A stretch of DNA of 64,000 nucleotides from Balanoglossus misakiensis. Lineage: Eukaryota; Animalia; Hemichordata. Within the stretch, counting starts at the first letter, position 1. Each line of letters begins with the position of its first letter. Location: contig CM082597.2 in the NCBI GenBank assembly GCA_040954595.2, positions 3,502,014 to 3,566,013 on the forward strand, read 5' to 3'. The position numbers and the translations under genes are program-made. Under the pieces are notes generated by a model. That model saw nothing but the letters and a program-made list of their open reading frames with translations, searched no databases and had not been told where the DNA came from. Of this stretch, positions 27,101 through 39,947 are shown piece after piece.

Positions 27101-28938
27101 TGGGCAGTATATGAATATGCATAAATGTATACCTGACACTATGATCATGTTCTTTAATGGCGGGTACATGACTAGAGTAAGCACACAGTTAACATACTTT
27201 GTGGTTATGATTACGCAATGTACTTGCCCTGTTTCTGCCACACTTTTTAAGTTCCTCTGTAAAACAGGCAAATAAATGGTTTATTGATTACATTTTTGCT
27301 TCATGGAGTACAGAAAATGACACGAAGCAGACGGAAAGAGTAATATTGGCGGAATCTATAAGACTTCGGATAAACGACAGATGAAAGCCATCACAGACAG
27401 CACATCAAAGATTTGCGCCATCGGCGGCTGTATTTTATGGATTCCTTCGTTCCATTTCAAACGATAGTATACACGAGTATGCAAGTTATATTCTCCACAT
27501 CACATCCTCAGGACAATTCAGTGAAAGGAGACACCTATTTGGGCTTAAAGGGCAGGGGTCGTCCCGTCTGCACCTGCGCTGATGGTATGATTCCAAGACA
27601 CAGTGATTCTCACCATGATTGATTTCCTTCTAATTCTTCCCTTAAACATCTGATCATGGATAACTTCTTGGACTTTGTTGTAGTACCTAGATTCTGCGTA
27701 GCAGTTGCATATTGTCTTGAAATTTAAATTTAAATAAGAAAAAATTGTTTATGATCTGCTACCATTAGGTTTGTCGATGGTTGAGTGTGACTGGTTCATT
27801 GATAAATATTCAAATGAGCTGTGTCCTGTCTGGATATTCCTGACTGAATTATACAGTTCGTCTCTAGCAGAAAACACGGCATGGCAAATACCTAAAAAAA
27901 CCGCATACCTGAATGGAGTCTACCTCGCCTTCTGTTTCTGTGGCAACCGATATGATTTTTAGGAAGTAGTCTGCTGGATTGTAACTTTCAGGGCAGGAAT
28001 AGCCAATGCGAGAGAAGTACTCGACTGCCTCGTTGCGTGGACCCATGTAAGCACAGCGCCCTTCGCACAACAGTAATATGCTAGTTGTGAACAAGATAAA
28101 GCAAACAAGAAAACCAATAAACATAGCAGAAATACATCATTTTCATAAGTCTGGCGCTCTAACACATCATGAATTTGAACTCAAAGCGAGGCCAATAGGG
28201 AAAGTTGACCAATCACATCAAGGGGATATCCCCATTGGCCTCGCTTTAAGTTCAGACTTGAAGACAGACATGGATAAACAATGCTCGTACACGGACAGAG
28301 ATGCATACGGGTACTAGTTACATAGCGACATATGCAGAGAAAGATAGACAGATACGCAGATAAACATGTATTCGTTATACTTACTTATCAAGATGCTCAA
28401 ATATCACCGAGGACGGTTGGTGTATAGTGCATATTATAGCATGGCCACTACTCGACAAATCATTCAATTTACTGGCCACAATTTCTGCCATGAATTCATC
28501 AAGACCGGTTGTTGGTTCATCACAGATAAGTAATGGGGGATCTGTCAATAGCTGGTGGAAAATACATAGGACAAATTTAGGATATTTGTTTGAATGGTGT
28601 CATGAATGTATGTCAGAAACTGCACTCGGCACTGCATGGGAAGGAGTACGTGTTAAGTCAAACTGACACCACTGTGTTACTTCATATAATTTGCCAACAT
28701 GAGTCAATATGCCTTATGATCCGAACATCATCTACAATAATGCAGTACTCATTAACACATGTAGTAAATACATGCACTAATCACCATTACATGGGATGAC
28801 AAGATAACGGTACTGTCGAATCCATACGAACCTCCGCAGCCACTGAGAGTCTTTTTCGCTCCCCTCCAGAAATGCCTGTCGATGAACCAGCTTCGCCGAT
28901 CATCGTATCTGCGCAACTCATCAAGCCGAGCTAAATAG

Positions 28939-28972
<34 letters not shown>

Positions 28973-31009
28973 CGAACAGTCAGTCTGTCAGAGTAAATGA
29001 CCTTAAAACTTATCTGCCAAAAAGTGTGTTTCTATCAATTCATTTCGGTTCAAGAGTGAAAATTTTCTCAAGTCTCTGCAGTACAATTAGCTTTTGTATC
29101 GTACCTCTTCTATAACTTCTTCTACTCTTTGTAATCTTTCTTCTTTCAAAATTCCTCTGTCCATTCTAAGCATTGCCTATGTGTTAAAAAATAAACGATA
29201 CGGACAAGATACGTAATGAACGATAAAAGGGCGAGGGTAAACGATTGGGAGAACTCTGGACACTCGAGTTCGTTGGATGGAAACATACACAAACCGTGCT
29301 TTCAGTTGGTCAATTCTGGCGTTTATGTTATAATGACCCATTATCACTATAGCTTATATGAACTTCATTTTTTCAAACATGGCAGAAATCAGCCATCTTG
29401 AAATTGTAGGGAGAATTAATATACACGACTTGTCAAATTAGACAACTGTATAATACCTGGAATTGAAGCTGTTCTCTGACTGTGAGTGAATTCAAAAAGA
29501 TGTCCTCCTGTTGGACGTAGCCCATGGCGGTCGAAATAATGTCGTCCACGGGCTCCCCATTCACCATGATGCTGCCTTCGACTTCCAGTCCATCCTTGGC
29601 GCGAAATGTGATCGCGTCCAGCAAAGATGATTTGCCACTGCCGCTGTGATTCCAAATTGAAATGTCGTTTGTGGATGTGATATTGGCAACTATGGCGAGT
29701 ACATTGGTGGTTGTTAATGTAATTTCTGTCGCTACAAACTAATCATGGAAATCTGACCCGCTATGTGTTCGTGAATCGGATGGAACCCATACAAGCATAC
29801 GGGTCGACCCACCCTTTTAAGCAAGGGCATGTATAGTTTTGCGTTCAAAAATCATTTCCCCGGGCCCTTTACCCTGACTCCAGAGTGCACTCACATCGGA
29901 GTGACCTCAGTTGACCCAGATCTATCTTATCACTGTCAGATTAAACCTTTGCCCAGAAACATGTGTATGCAGACACTCACCTTGGCCCAAGTACGGCCAA
30001 CAACGAACCGGGTTTGGTGTAGCCGCTCACTGTAATGTGAAAGGAAAAAAACAATAACAACAGCAGCAGGGGCAGGTGCTCGAATGATGTAATCTATGAG
30101 GACAGTAATTTGATTGGTTTACTGTTTCACCCTTTAACGCTGTCCACTGGCTGGTCTAGGCTATGGGGGGATGGGTGCGCGTGTATACCCGAAGGCCGGC
30201 TAGCCGTGCACGGATGGGTATTTTGACAACCTTGAAATTTCAGTTTATTTGCTTTGAGGCCCTCATTCTTTATCTACTGTTATCTGTTGTGCTCTTTTAA
30301 CCCTTAACACACTTATGTCCACTTCTCTGTCTCTCTGTGCGATTCCATCTCCCACCCCCCCCCCTCACTCCCTCCCTCCATATCTCTCTTTTCCTCCATC
30401 TCCCTCAGTCTCTCTCTCATATACAGCTATCTCTTCATTGCTATATCAGCGCATCATGAGCTGCCTGATTAAATATTAAACACCACAAATCTCATCAACT
30501 GATAATTTTTCTAAAATGTTAGCAAGGTGTGCTTGTCCCCGTTAACACAAGTCGTGTTTATCCAAAAAGACAAAAAAGACAACTACATGCCATCTAACAG
30601 CAACAACAACAAAATCATCTCATTTTTTAAGTTGCACTATCACAATTCTATGATGGATGTTCTCAGTTGAGATCCCCATGAAGGTACAATAGTTTTGGGG
30701 TCAAGATGTTCAGTGGACGACATCTGATTTCTTCTCACCTTGAGTCACAATTTCCCGTCCGACTCCGACATCGTCGTCGTGCCTTCTCCACGGCAGACGG
30801 CTTTTCTTGGGGGCGGTTCTCACCGTGATGTTATCCCACGTCAGGGTCAGACTCTGGTCCTGGAAAATGGTGGAGCGACGCGGCGCCCTGAAGCGGAACG
30901 AGGCAAATGACGTCTCCTGACCGTCGCTGTCCGAGTCGCTGCTGTGTCCCCCGCTGTCCTGAAAACGCCTCCACGCCCCGAGGACGAATCTACCTTCTGT
31001 TTCCATCAT
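24139..31009 (-). CDS. White-family ABCG half-transporter, paralog B (674 aa, 18 exons) with canonical NBD
   Basis: Exons: 30739-31009, 29981-30029, 29457-29643, 29105-29176, 28832-28930, 28385-28551, 27909-28080, 27614-27715, 27228-27256 (GC donor), 26828-26933, 26391-26522, 26108-26200, 25862-25919, 25641-25718, 25354-25459, 24793-24893, 24526-24608, 24139-24258. Total 2025 nt. Walker A GPSGSGKS, Q-loop GYVQQED, signature GISGGERKRL, Walker B/D-loop LLICDEPTTGLD, H-loop TIHQPS, FREHFNGMYRTDTYFLAK. Intron positions match paralog A. Confidence 0.95.
26640..26730. repeat. (ATGT)n microsatellite (intronic)
   Basis: About 22 units. Confidence 0.95.
28939..28970. repeat. (ATCA)n microsatellite beside the acceptor of ABCG-B exon 5
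   Basis: Direct run of about 8 units. Confidence 0.9.
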
Positions 31010-32008
31010 CAACCCTGTCGTGGATCAAGCTGATGTAGCTTCCTTGGTGAAAGCCAACAGGGACACCCTTTTAACAACGCGTTGAGTCACGTACTTGTCG
31101 AACTGGTGCGGACTTTAACCCTTGCCCTGGGGTGACCGACCGAGACCTTCCATGCGATAGGGTGATCATGTGAGTGTGTGTGGAAAACACTGCCAAGTGA
31201 TGAAGTCGGTAACATTTATATGTGGTGGGGTTGTGAGTTGCATGGAAAAACTAACAATGTCTATATGGTAATTGGTATTCACGTCGAAACATATGGTCAA
31301 TAATCAACCATTTTATAGTATACAATCACTGTGTTGTTTTAGGACGACTATGTTACTGGTACAGTTAAAAGGCGATGACATTAGTTCTAAGCATTTTTAC
31401 TATTACATTCGAGGGTGTAGCGTGGAGTAGGGTTTAACCAAGCTGTGGAAACGCACCTGTTCCGCCGGAGGGGAGTATATGCTAATTATCGCTGGGTAAT
31501 TAGCATATCCCCTGAGGGTAGTGGAGGGAGGAAGTTTAGGAAATCTGGGCATTTAAGGGCGATGGTCTTCTAAACTGCGCATGTGTGACTTTTCTGTTTA
31601 TAAACACACCATAGACACTACATACTGTTCAGGGAGGCCCTGCCAACCATTACAATTTATTAAAATGAGATAAATATACATGTAACCACAAGCAATTTTT
31701 ACCATATGCGGGCATGAATTAAGATTATTGTATACATTTAATAATGGTCCAATTTTCACTTTAAATACTAGTGGTATCAATAACAGATGTGTTAAAATGT
31801 ACAATAAATAAAGATTCAAACGTGCCTTGCAAGAAAAAAATCATCTTGTTCGTGTTATAAATTCTGTGCATTTCCAAGGAAAGAATTACATAAGAAACCT
31901 AACGTGAATTTGGTTTTATCAACCCATAATATGGTCCAAATGGACTTAATTCTCTGTTGATACGTCATCAACATGCTAAGTAGTTTAGGACCTCAGTGAC
32001 CTCATCTC

Positions 32009-34412
32009 TTACAACACTGGTTGACGCACGTTTGTCACGTGACCCTTCACTGTTGCCAGGTTACCGGGAGGGTCGTATTCACACGCGATTTGGGTATCGC
32101 CGTTAGTGTCCACGATGTTGGCACAACCCAACTTCAAACTATTTGCCCAGACCACCTGAGTAAAATGACCTGCATGAAAAGCGGAAACAGACTATCGTCA
32201 GGTTGATGATGAAAAGGGAACGAGTCTACAAAGCACGTCCGCAGACGACAGAGTTTGTTACAAGTTGCGCATACGCTGAATTACTTCGTGAATTAAGCAT
32301 GAGAAGGTGGGAAGTTCAATAGGCTCTGCACAAATACAAATGATAAGTGGAATAAATTCTTACCAACAACACCAGTGCTTTGTCTGTAGTCGGCATAATT
32401 GTAGTCCTTGATTTCATCATACCACAGCTTAGTGATCCCAAATCCTACGAATGCAAAAGAAGAAACATTGATGCGCTTTGGACCAACGCCGTCTTTTATT
32501 CAAAATGGTGTGATGGGAGCCTCATGGCCAAGATAAGACACAACACAAGAGCACTTGATGATGTCTCAGTTTATGAGATGCATCTCAACTCTAAATTACG
32601 CTATCTTGAACTGTAATAGGTATTCACATGATAAGCGCCATGCAAAGAAGTTCAAAACATGGACTACATGATATACTAACTCCACCCCCTCCCAATACCA
32701 TCTACTAGGTCCAGTGATGCTTGTGCAGTACAGGCCATTGCCCATAAATGCATGCAAGCGTATACGGGAAATGGTACTGACGGAATACTGTGACTAGGTA
32801 CAGTTTGACATTGTATGTTCATGTACCTGTTGCATCGGCTATCGGCAGCTGAATCATCGCTAAATTCTCCCCGGTGAAAGAATGTTTCAGACCACCACTG
32901 GCGGCGCTGTTCCCCACAGCTGTAGATGCCTGTGTATTCATTTTCTTGCTCGAGGTCATCGCGCCTGCGCCGTGAAGGCAGCGGAAGTAGTTGTGAGCTT
33001 CTAACATTTGCGCGTCGAACCTGGCTTCTCCTTTCGATCCGATTTTCTTCTGGGATGGAATTTGGCACTTTCCATTTGCCGTACCGTAGTATTGAGTGTA
33101 GTCTGCCAAAAATCAGACAATCTCGGTCAGAAAAACCAGAGAATTTTTTCATACACCGTATGAAATAATAAAAGGCTATTATTTCATAAAGTTTTGGAGT
33201 TAAAAACATACAAACTAACTTAATGAAATCCGCCATTTTTTCGTTTCTGCAGAAGACTGTGGCCACACAACAGACCGAATTGATATGAATAATTACGTCA
33301 ATTCTTTATTTGCAGACAACATACAACCTTTATCATAGAGTAACACAAGAAGGTGACTATGGGTATATGGCAAGCGATGACAGGCACCGACACAGCTATA
33401 AAACGCCTTTGTTTCAGACACTCACCACACCCCTTTTCGTCACTTTCATCCGAGCAGTCCCACAATCCATCACAAATCTGATCCTTAGAAAGACACTTCG
33501 TTGTACCGGATGGTTCCATGGTGGCACAGCTGTACGGGTATTTTGATTTAGAACATGTCGGATTCAGGAAGGGCTTACTGCGAACTAAAACAAAGAAAAG
33601 GAATAAGGTCTTCTTTTGCTATCGGACATTCTCTCTGTCTGTCCATCTGTCTAGTTGGCCAGTGATATTAAGTTTGCCCTGAAAATTGTGCTGTGTGAGA
33701 CTATATTAGGCATTACCTTCGCAGCCAATTTCGTCTTCTCCTCCAGGACATTCTTTTTTGCCATTGCAAACCTGGCAAACACCGTTGCCAATCTTTTTGT
33801 TTGGACAATGCAAGCAGATCATGTCACTACTACAGATATAGGGGTAATCCTCTCCCATCATCTTCTTGCACATCGGATGCTCTTTGACAGCGATGTCGCG
33901 TTTGGCGATGTGTTCGGCGACCTGCCTCCCCCAAAAACAAACAAACAAACCAACAAATAAAAAACAAATCACGTGAAATCTACAGTACTATGAATGCGTG
34001 AAATATTACCGATATAGGGAAACGACGCTACAGACTTGAGCTTATGGACAAGTTCAAAACCGAAAAACAGATGTGCTTGATGAAATGTACTGCTATGAAT
34101 GAAATCTTCCCACATCAGTGCATTTTGGTAAACTTAAACTTCTTACAATCTGAAAAGAATTCAACTACCACAAATCGCCTCGTAACGACTGTGATCGGAT
34201 GGGGATCGGTCAGCGTAATTTTCAGAGCACTATGGAAATGTGAAGCAATCTTTGGCGTATCTAAATTGATGGAAGTATTACAATTTGATGGCCAAAGCAA
34301 AGAAATGCAAAATTTCACAAGGCGATAACAAGAGACTTGCCTCTGTATCGGTTCCACTGGTCAACGAACTCATAAAAAGTACCACACAAGCAGTTCTCCA
34401 CATGTTCAGCAT
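32009..34412 (-). CDS. Secreted LDLa-like x2 + CAP/SCP (PR-1/GAPR1-like) protein, paralog B (317 aa, 6 exons)
   Basis: Exons: 34341-34412 (signal peptide MLNMWRTACVVLFMSSLTSG, GC donor), 33717-33921, 33426-33584, 32827-33102, 32364-32444, 32009-32169. Total 954 nt. LDLa tails CNGKKECPGGEDEIGC and CDGLWDCSDESDEKGC; CAP motifs AHNYFR..H, GENL, WYDE, GHFTQVVW..S..LGC, CEYDPPGN. Confidence 0.88.
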
Positions 34413-36808
34413 TTTCTTTCCTAGTCTTCAAACTGCCGTCCGGACAATGTTGATAACAGACTTGAAACAACGAAAGTGGGGGAAAGTAGCATAGGGTCTG
34501 ACTCAGGTATTTTAGAATTTATGGACGATGGAATGTTCTACTTACTGGCGGGTAAGAAGGCTTGCAAAAACTACATGTGGAGGAGAAATGTATGTAGATT
34601 TTATCGTTATCACAAGTTATGTTAACGATGACTTGCCCTGCGGGGAGATGTCCTTAGATACCTGTTATTGATGATTGCCTCCGAAATACTTAAAATATAT
34701 TTCATAAATTAGACATTTCTTGCTAACTTGGGGACTAGTGTCATATGTGGAAGAATTAACCCCCATAGGCACGGGATACTCAAACATACAACTGATGCAT
34801 ATTGGATAACGTCGACACCAAATGACATATTGTATCGGTTGTTTCCTTGAGGCAAAACAGTGCACAAGAGTATCACAAAAAGTATAAAAACACACGTGTC
34901 GTGGTTCCAGGGATGTAGCAATCTGAAACATGGTGGGAAGATGGAGCAAAACTGATGGTTGAGTATTGGTACCATTCTGATGCATCTGTAGAGCATAATT
35001 CTCTCAGCTCCATTGTGTATAATAAAGCAACTTTCTCAGTGTCTCACACAAAGATTGATCGCTCCTTTTCAACATACCATCATATTTATTCCCTTGCAGT
35101 GTAACATCCGTCAGACAAAACCAAGGTGTCCATTAAAATTCCTGCCCAAATATTTCAGTTAAAAACATCAATGACGATCAGGTATTTGATCCTATGACCC
35201 AACCCAATTTTCAGAGTGGTTGTGCATTTTTTACTTCAAGTATTATACAGTTTCAATTTTGTGACGTTTCGGTGTACTATGATTATCTGATCACCGTTGT
35301 TAAACGAATTCAAACCCATATTTTAAAAATAACGTAACGACTGCGCAAAAAACCCTGAAGCTATTGGCTCCATCGCTCTAATTAATCAATTCATAGTTTC
35401 CAATGAAACATTTTACTCACTCAGGAATATCTGTTTATGCCATAAGCTTAAAAATAGAGTGTCACAGAGGATGAGGGCGATGTTTTCAACCGCACACTAT
35501 TTATCATTTTGGCTCTCGGGGACAAAGTAAAGCCCCTCTCTGCGAATAAAACCACCCACAAAGTCCAACTGTACCATAGAAAACAATGGGTTTGGACTGA
35601 ACCATGTTGGTGAATGGGTTAAAGGTATTCAGAGTGTGGATACTTTATTATGGCAGTTGATATTTCTCCCCTGAGGGGCTTGTTATAAAGGGGAGAGTCA
35701 TCAAGTGCTCTAACATAGAATGCCTCATTTCAGAGATGTAGAAAGCTAATTTTTTAACTTCTGGGAGTTATAGAAATGTCAGCAATTTGTAGCCGGAGTC
35801 GAACAACAAAGCATATCTTTGAAACTGTTACTAGGTTTTTCAGTTTCTGACATGTTTAATGTACATATGTCGCCACACCCTTCACTAAGGTCACGTTATA
35901 TCCCGTTATACTGTACAGCAGTCGATTGAGACACCAGTTAGAATTGAACACATTCATTTATGCACGTTGGTTTTTCTGCCGGTAGCTCGTTATTCAAAAC
36001 AGGCAATTTATAGCAACTTTCAATGACTACACAATTAGATATGGGTATTCGAAAAATGCATTTTTTATAATTGCTTTTATAAATTGGAACAGTATATGTT
36101 ATAGAGTCTATTTGGGGCGATGTTTTGTATAATTACTAAGTTTCCTTTAATGGGATATGTTGCTCTCAGCTCTTAATGATATGATTGTCAGTCGTGTTAT
36201 ACGTTGTCTAATTATGAATTCGCTGTAGGACTAAGGGGGACTAAATTTCCCACACACACTACGTGGACGCTGACGTCAAAAGAGACACCAACCATTTGAG
36301 CTGGTGCGCTGGTGCCATACATCATGCAAAGTCATGTTATAGAATCATATCGCCTCTGTGCAGTAGTTAAAACATGTTCTGTAAGTGGGCAATGGTTGTG
36401 TGGAAAGATTAAATTGTCCACCAGCGATATATTACCTCTGACTGTACTGTGCAATGTATGTGAGCGTAACGGAGCAGTTCGAATTAATAGATCAATTATA
36501 CAATGCGATAAAGAGCACCACATACGACTTCCAGCCAAATACTCAATTCAATTCAACTCAATCGTCCAATCGAATCCAATTAAACTCAATTCATTGTGCT
36601 TGTGAATGCACGGCTCAACGTCTGAGCCAAAATAACAACAATGACAGGCTAACACCTTCTGCACGTTCATTTTTAATTCTATTCTACGTTTGACAGGTAC
36701 ATGGAAATTGTCCATGACAGTAATTTAAATATAACGCGTAAAGTACCGAGGCGGGTTACTGCCAGACTATTCCACGTGGCACTTCCGCCGGTTAATTGTC
36801 ATGTTGCC

Positions 36809-39800
36809 CTAGATTGGGGATTTGACGTTGTCCAGATAGTGCTGCAGTGTGTTGATGTTGCCAATGGGATCGTATTCACAGGCTATCTGAGTTTTGCCGT
36901 TGGTGTCCACTGTGTTGGCGCAGCCAAGATTCACACTGGCTGCCCACACCACCTGTGTGAAGTGACCTGGTAAACGGAAATTGAACGTGATGTATTAAAG
37001 GCACGTAAGCTGCAACTGGATAACAAATTTAAGTTTTAAATAATCTCATATATGCTTTTAATTATGTCTATTAAATGATCTTTCATGATAATATATCAAG
37101 CTCAACACTTATTTATGACAAAATGGCCAAAAATTAAAGAAAAACGAAAATTCCTGCAATTTTAAAAAAAGTGCAATATTGCAATGAAAAATGAAATTCT
37201 GATGTCTCAGTGGTGTACATTTAGTTCCATGAGCTCAAGTGGATGAGATCATGTTTTGTTTATGAAGTTTCAGAACCGGAAATGCAACATTTTCATTGTT
37301 TCTTACGGTGGCGGCCATAATCGCTTGCGGCAAAGCTTTATTATTTATCTGGTTAAAACTTGCATATGCACTTATATTTAGGGTTTATAATGCTTGTGTA
37401 TAGTTCACTGCCTTCATCTGCATGGACTAATGGTAGTTCAGTTTGAAACAAAAATTGTGAAAATTATCCCAAAAGTTACAGCTTACGTGCCTTTAAGCAA
37501 TGTTATTTGCTGAACTCAGCGAGATTCTACGAGATCCCGCTTGGATGGTCAGACTGTAAGGAACGACATTTTCACGTGACACAGAACAAACAACACAGTT
37601 ACATTTTTTGTTAAACCTTGCACCTATTCTAGTCTCATACTCAGCTTGACATGTATTACTTGGCTAGCAACGGAAGATCTCACGTCGAGCGGAAAATATA
37701 TAGTTTTCTCATGGACCACGACAAAAAATAATAAAGTAAACAGACAGAAAGGTTGACTCGGGGCAATGCCTACGTCACTCATAGGGTTTGCATCAATGTG
37801 GTTGGGGAAAGTGTTTGTACTCTATCAAATTACGGTATTGAATCAATGCTACAGAATATGCACAAGAAATATGTAATGGTGGCCATGGGCTAAAACACAT
37901 AACAGGGGGTAAGAACTCACCAACAACACCGGTGCTCTGAGTGTAGTCAGCATAGTTGTAGTCCTTGATTTCGTCATACCACATCTTAGTAAGACCAAAT
38001 CCTGTGAAAGTTCAAGTAAGTATAGTTGAGTGAGTGAGCTAGTGGGGCGTGAGTGAGTGAGTCTGTTGTTGTTTTTGTTGTGTATTTATTTCTTCCTTCA
38101 TGAGTTAGTAGGTAGGTAGGCAAGTTGCAATTATATGAGTGAGTGAACGAGCAGGGACAGCGTGTGGGTGAATAATAATTTGTTCATTCATTCTTTCTCC
38201 CATCCACACATTCATACATTAAAGCGACATTTTAAAATAGTCCATTTTACCTGTAGCATCGGCAATGGACATCGAAATCAAGGCTAAATTCTCTCCGTGG
38301 TATGTGTGCGTAAGTGTACCAGTGGCGGCGCTGTTCTCCACTGCTATGGTGGCCTTGGTCTTCTGCGAAGCGGTAGATGTCATAGACTGAACCCCATGAA
38401 GGCAGCGGAAATAGTTGTGAGCTTCCCGCATCTGTGCGTCGAAGACAGCCTCTCCGTTGTCGCCGATTTTAGATTGAGAAGGCACTGGACACTGGCCATT
38501 TGCTGTGCCGTAGGCCTCGCTGTAGTCTGAAAGAACATCAACACATTAGGCTATTTGCATAACCTACGTCGTCTATTGTGTGCCAACGGTCGTGATGTTT
38601 CCTCCTTCAAGGGTGGATGTCGCCCATCTCCGGCTGAGAACGCATGGGTCCCACATGACAATGTAGGCACTAAGCGCAATTGCTACCAAAGTACATATAC
38701 ATCATTGCAAAAACAACGCGGTTGCTACTTTTTTACAAAATATACTAGTACATTATGGCAATGTACCGTTCCTTTTATTTCAAACAATTCACCCCCCCCC
38801 CCACCTTTCACAAAACAGTGGTCACTGAAATCTTACAAACATACAATTCATAATCACTATTTTCGCGAGGAGGTGACGCGAAAGCGAGCATATACGACTT
38901 ACCGCAGCCGTTCTCGTCACTGCCGTCGGAACAGTGCCACAGTCCATCGCAGAGCTGTGTCGCCTTTAGACACTGTGTAGTGCCAGAGGGCTCCACAGTA
39001 GCACAACTGTACGGGAAAGAACTTGGGCAGGCTGTATTGAGGTAGGGTTCAGTACGAACTGAAACGAAGGGAAATGAACGCAAAGATTAATTTGCAAGAT
39101 GAGGAAGCAATTTTATATTATATAATAAGCCAACAATGACCAATACAATTTTTTATCCGTAACGGAACGAGTATATTGACCATTTTCCATAGGCCCAGTA
39201 GTTAAAATCATCGAAATTGAAAAACAAACAAACATGTATTTAAAAGAACGATTGGGTATAGTTTTTATGCGTCCAACACAAACAGGCAGTTTAGAATATC
39301 AGAAATACCCCTGTAGACAAAATCGAACAGAGTACACCCACATCCCACTGCGGGAAAAATACCTGTACAGCCAACTTCATCTTCTCCATCAGGGCACTCG
39401 TTTCTTCCATTGCAAACTTGACATGATCCCTCGCCGACCTTTTTGTCCGGGCAGAGGAGACACATCTGCTGGTTGTTACAGATGTAAGTGTAGTCGGCCC
39501 CTATAAAGTTTTGGCACATGGAACTCTCCTGCACGCCGAGGGAACGCTTGGCATACTCTTTTGCGTCCGACACCTTCCGAGAAGAGAGAAAAAAAAATTA
39601 AGCTGCCTGAATGGTGATACATATTATGTATACGCATTTGCTTTAGAGAGATTTCGGACACAGACTTGTCATTTTAGGCAGCAGTCTTATTTTCATCAGA
39701 GCAATTTAAGGTACATGTGGATTGCCTAGGACTATGTGTTCTAGCTGACACAGATGCGTCTGGTAACAGCATTGCTGCCGCGTTTTTTTCCTTATAGGCT

Positions 39801-39947
39801 GTCAATTGTCACAAAAAAATTCTTTGTGCCTCTCGTCAACTCTGCAGAAAAGATACATTTGCTCGGGTCACCCACCTCCTTGATGACAGCGCTTTGGACA
39901 AGACCAATGGTCAGAAGAACCGCACACACTGTTCCGATGGCTCTCAT
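36809..39947 (-). CDS. Secreted LDLa-like x2 + CAP/SCP protein, paralog A (317 aa, 6 exons)
   Basis: Exons: 39876-39947 (signal peptide MRAIGTVCAVLLTIGLVQSA), 39363-39573, 38903-39058, 38251-38526, 37921-38001, 36809-36966. Total 954 nt, all GT-AG. Same motifs and intron positions as paralog B. Confidence 0.92.
36999..37492. mobile_element. Non-autonomous TTAA-targeting DNA element (Kolobok-like MITE, 494 bp) in intron 5 of CAP paralog A
   Basis: TTAA on both sides (36995-98, 37493-96). TIR aggcacgtaagctg(c)aact / agtt(a)cagcttacgtgcct with AG...CT termini. Absent from the much shorter homologous intron of paralog B. Confidence 0.85.

Noticed and set aside
27535-27575. Candidate GT-donor exon 9 for ABCG-B
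   Set aside because: In-frame TAG and an implausibly short (~40 nt) upstream intron.
32676-33266. 196-aa minus-strand ORF
   Set aside because: Alternative frame over CAP-B exon 4 and its flanking introns; the CAP frame is supported by motifs and the paralog.
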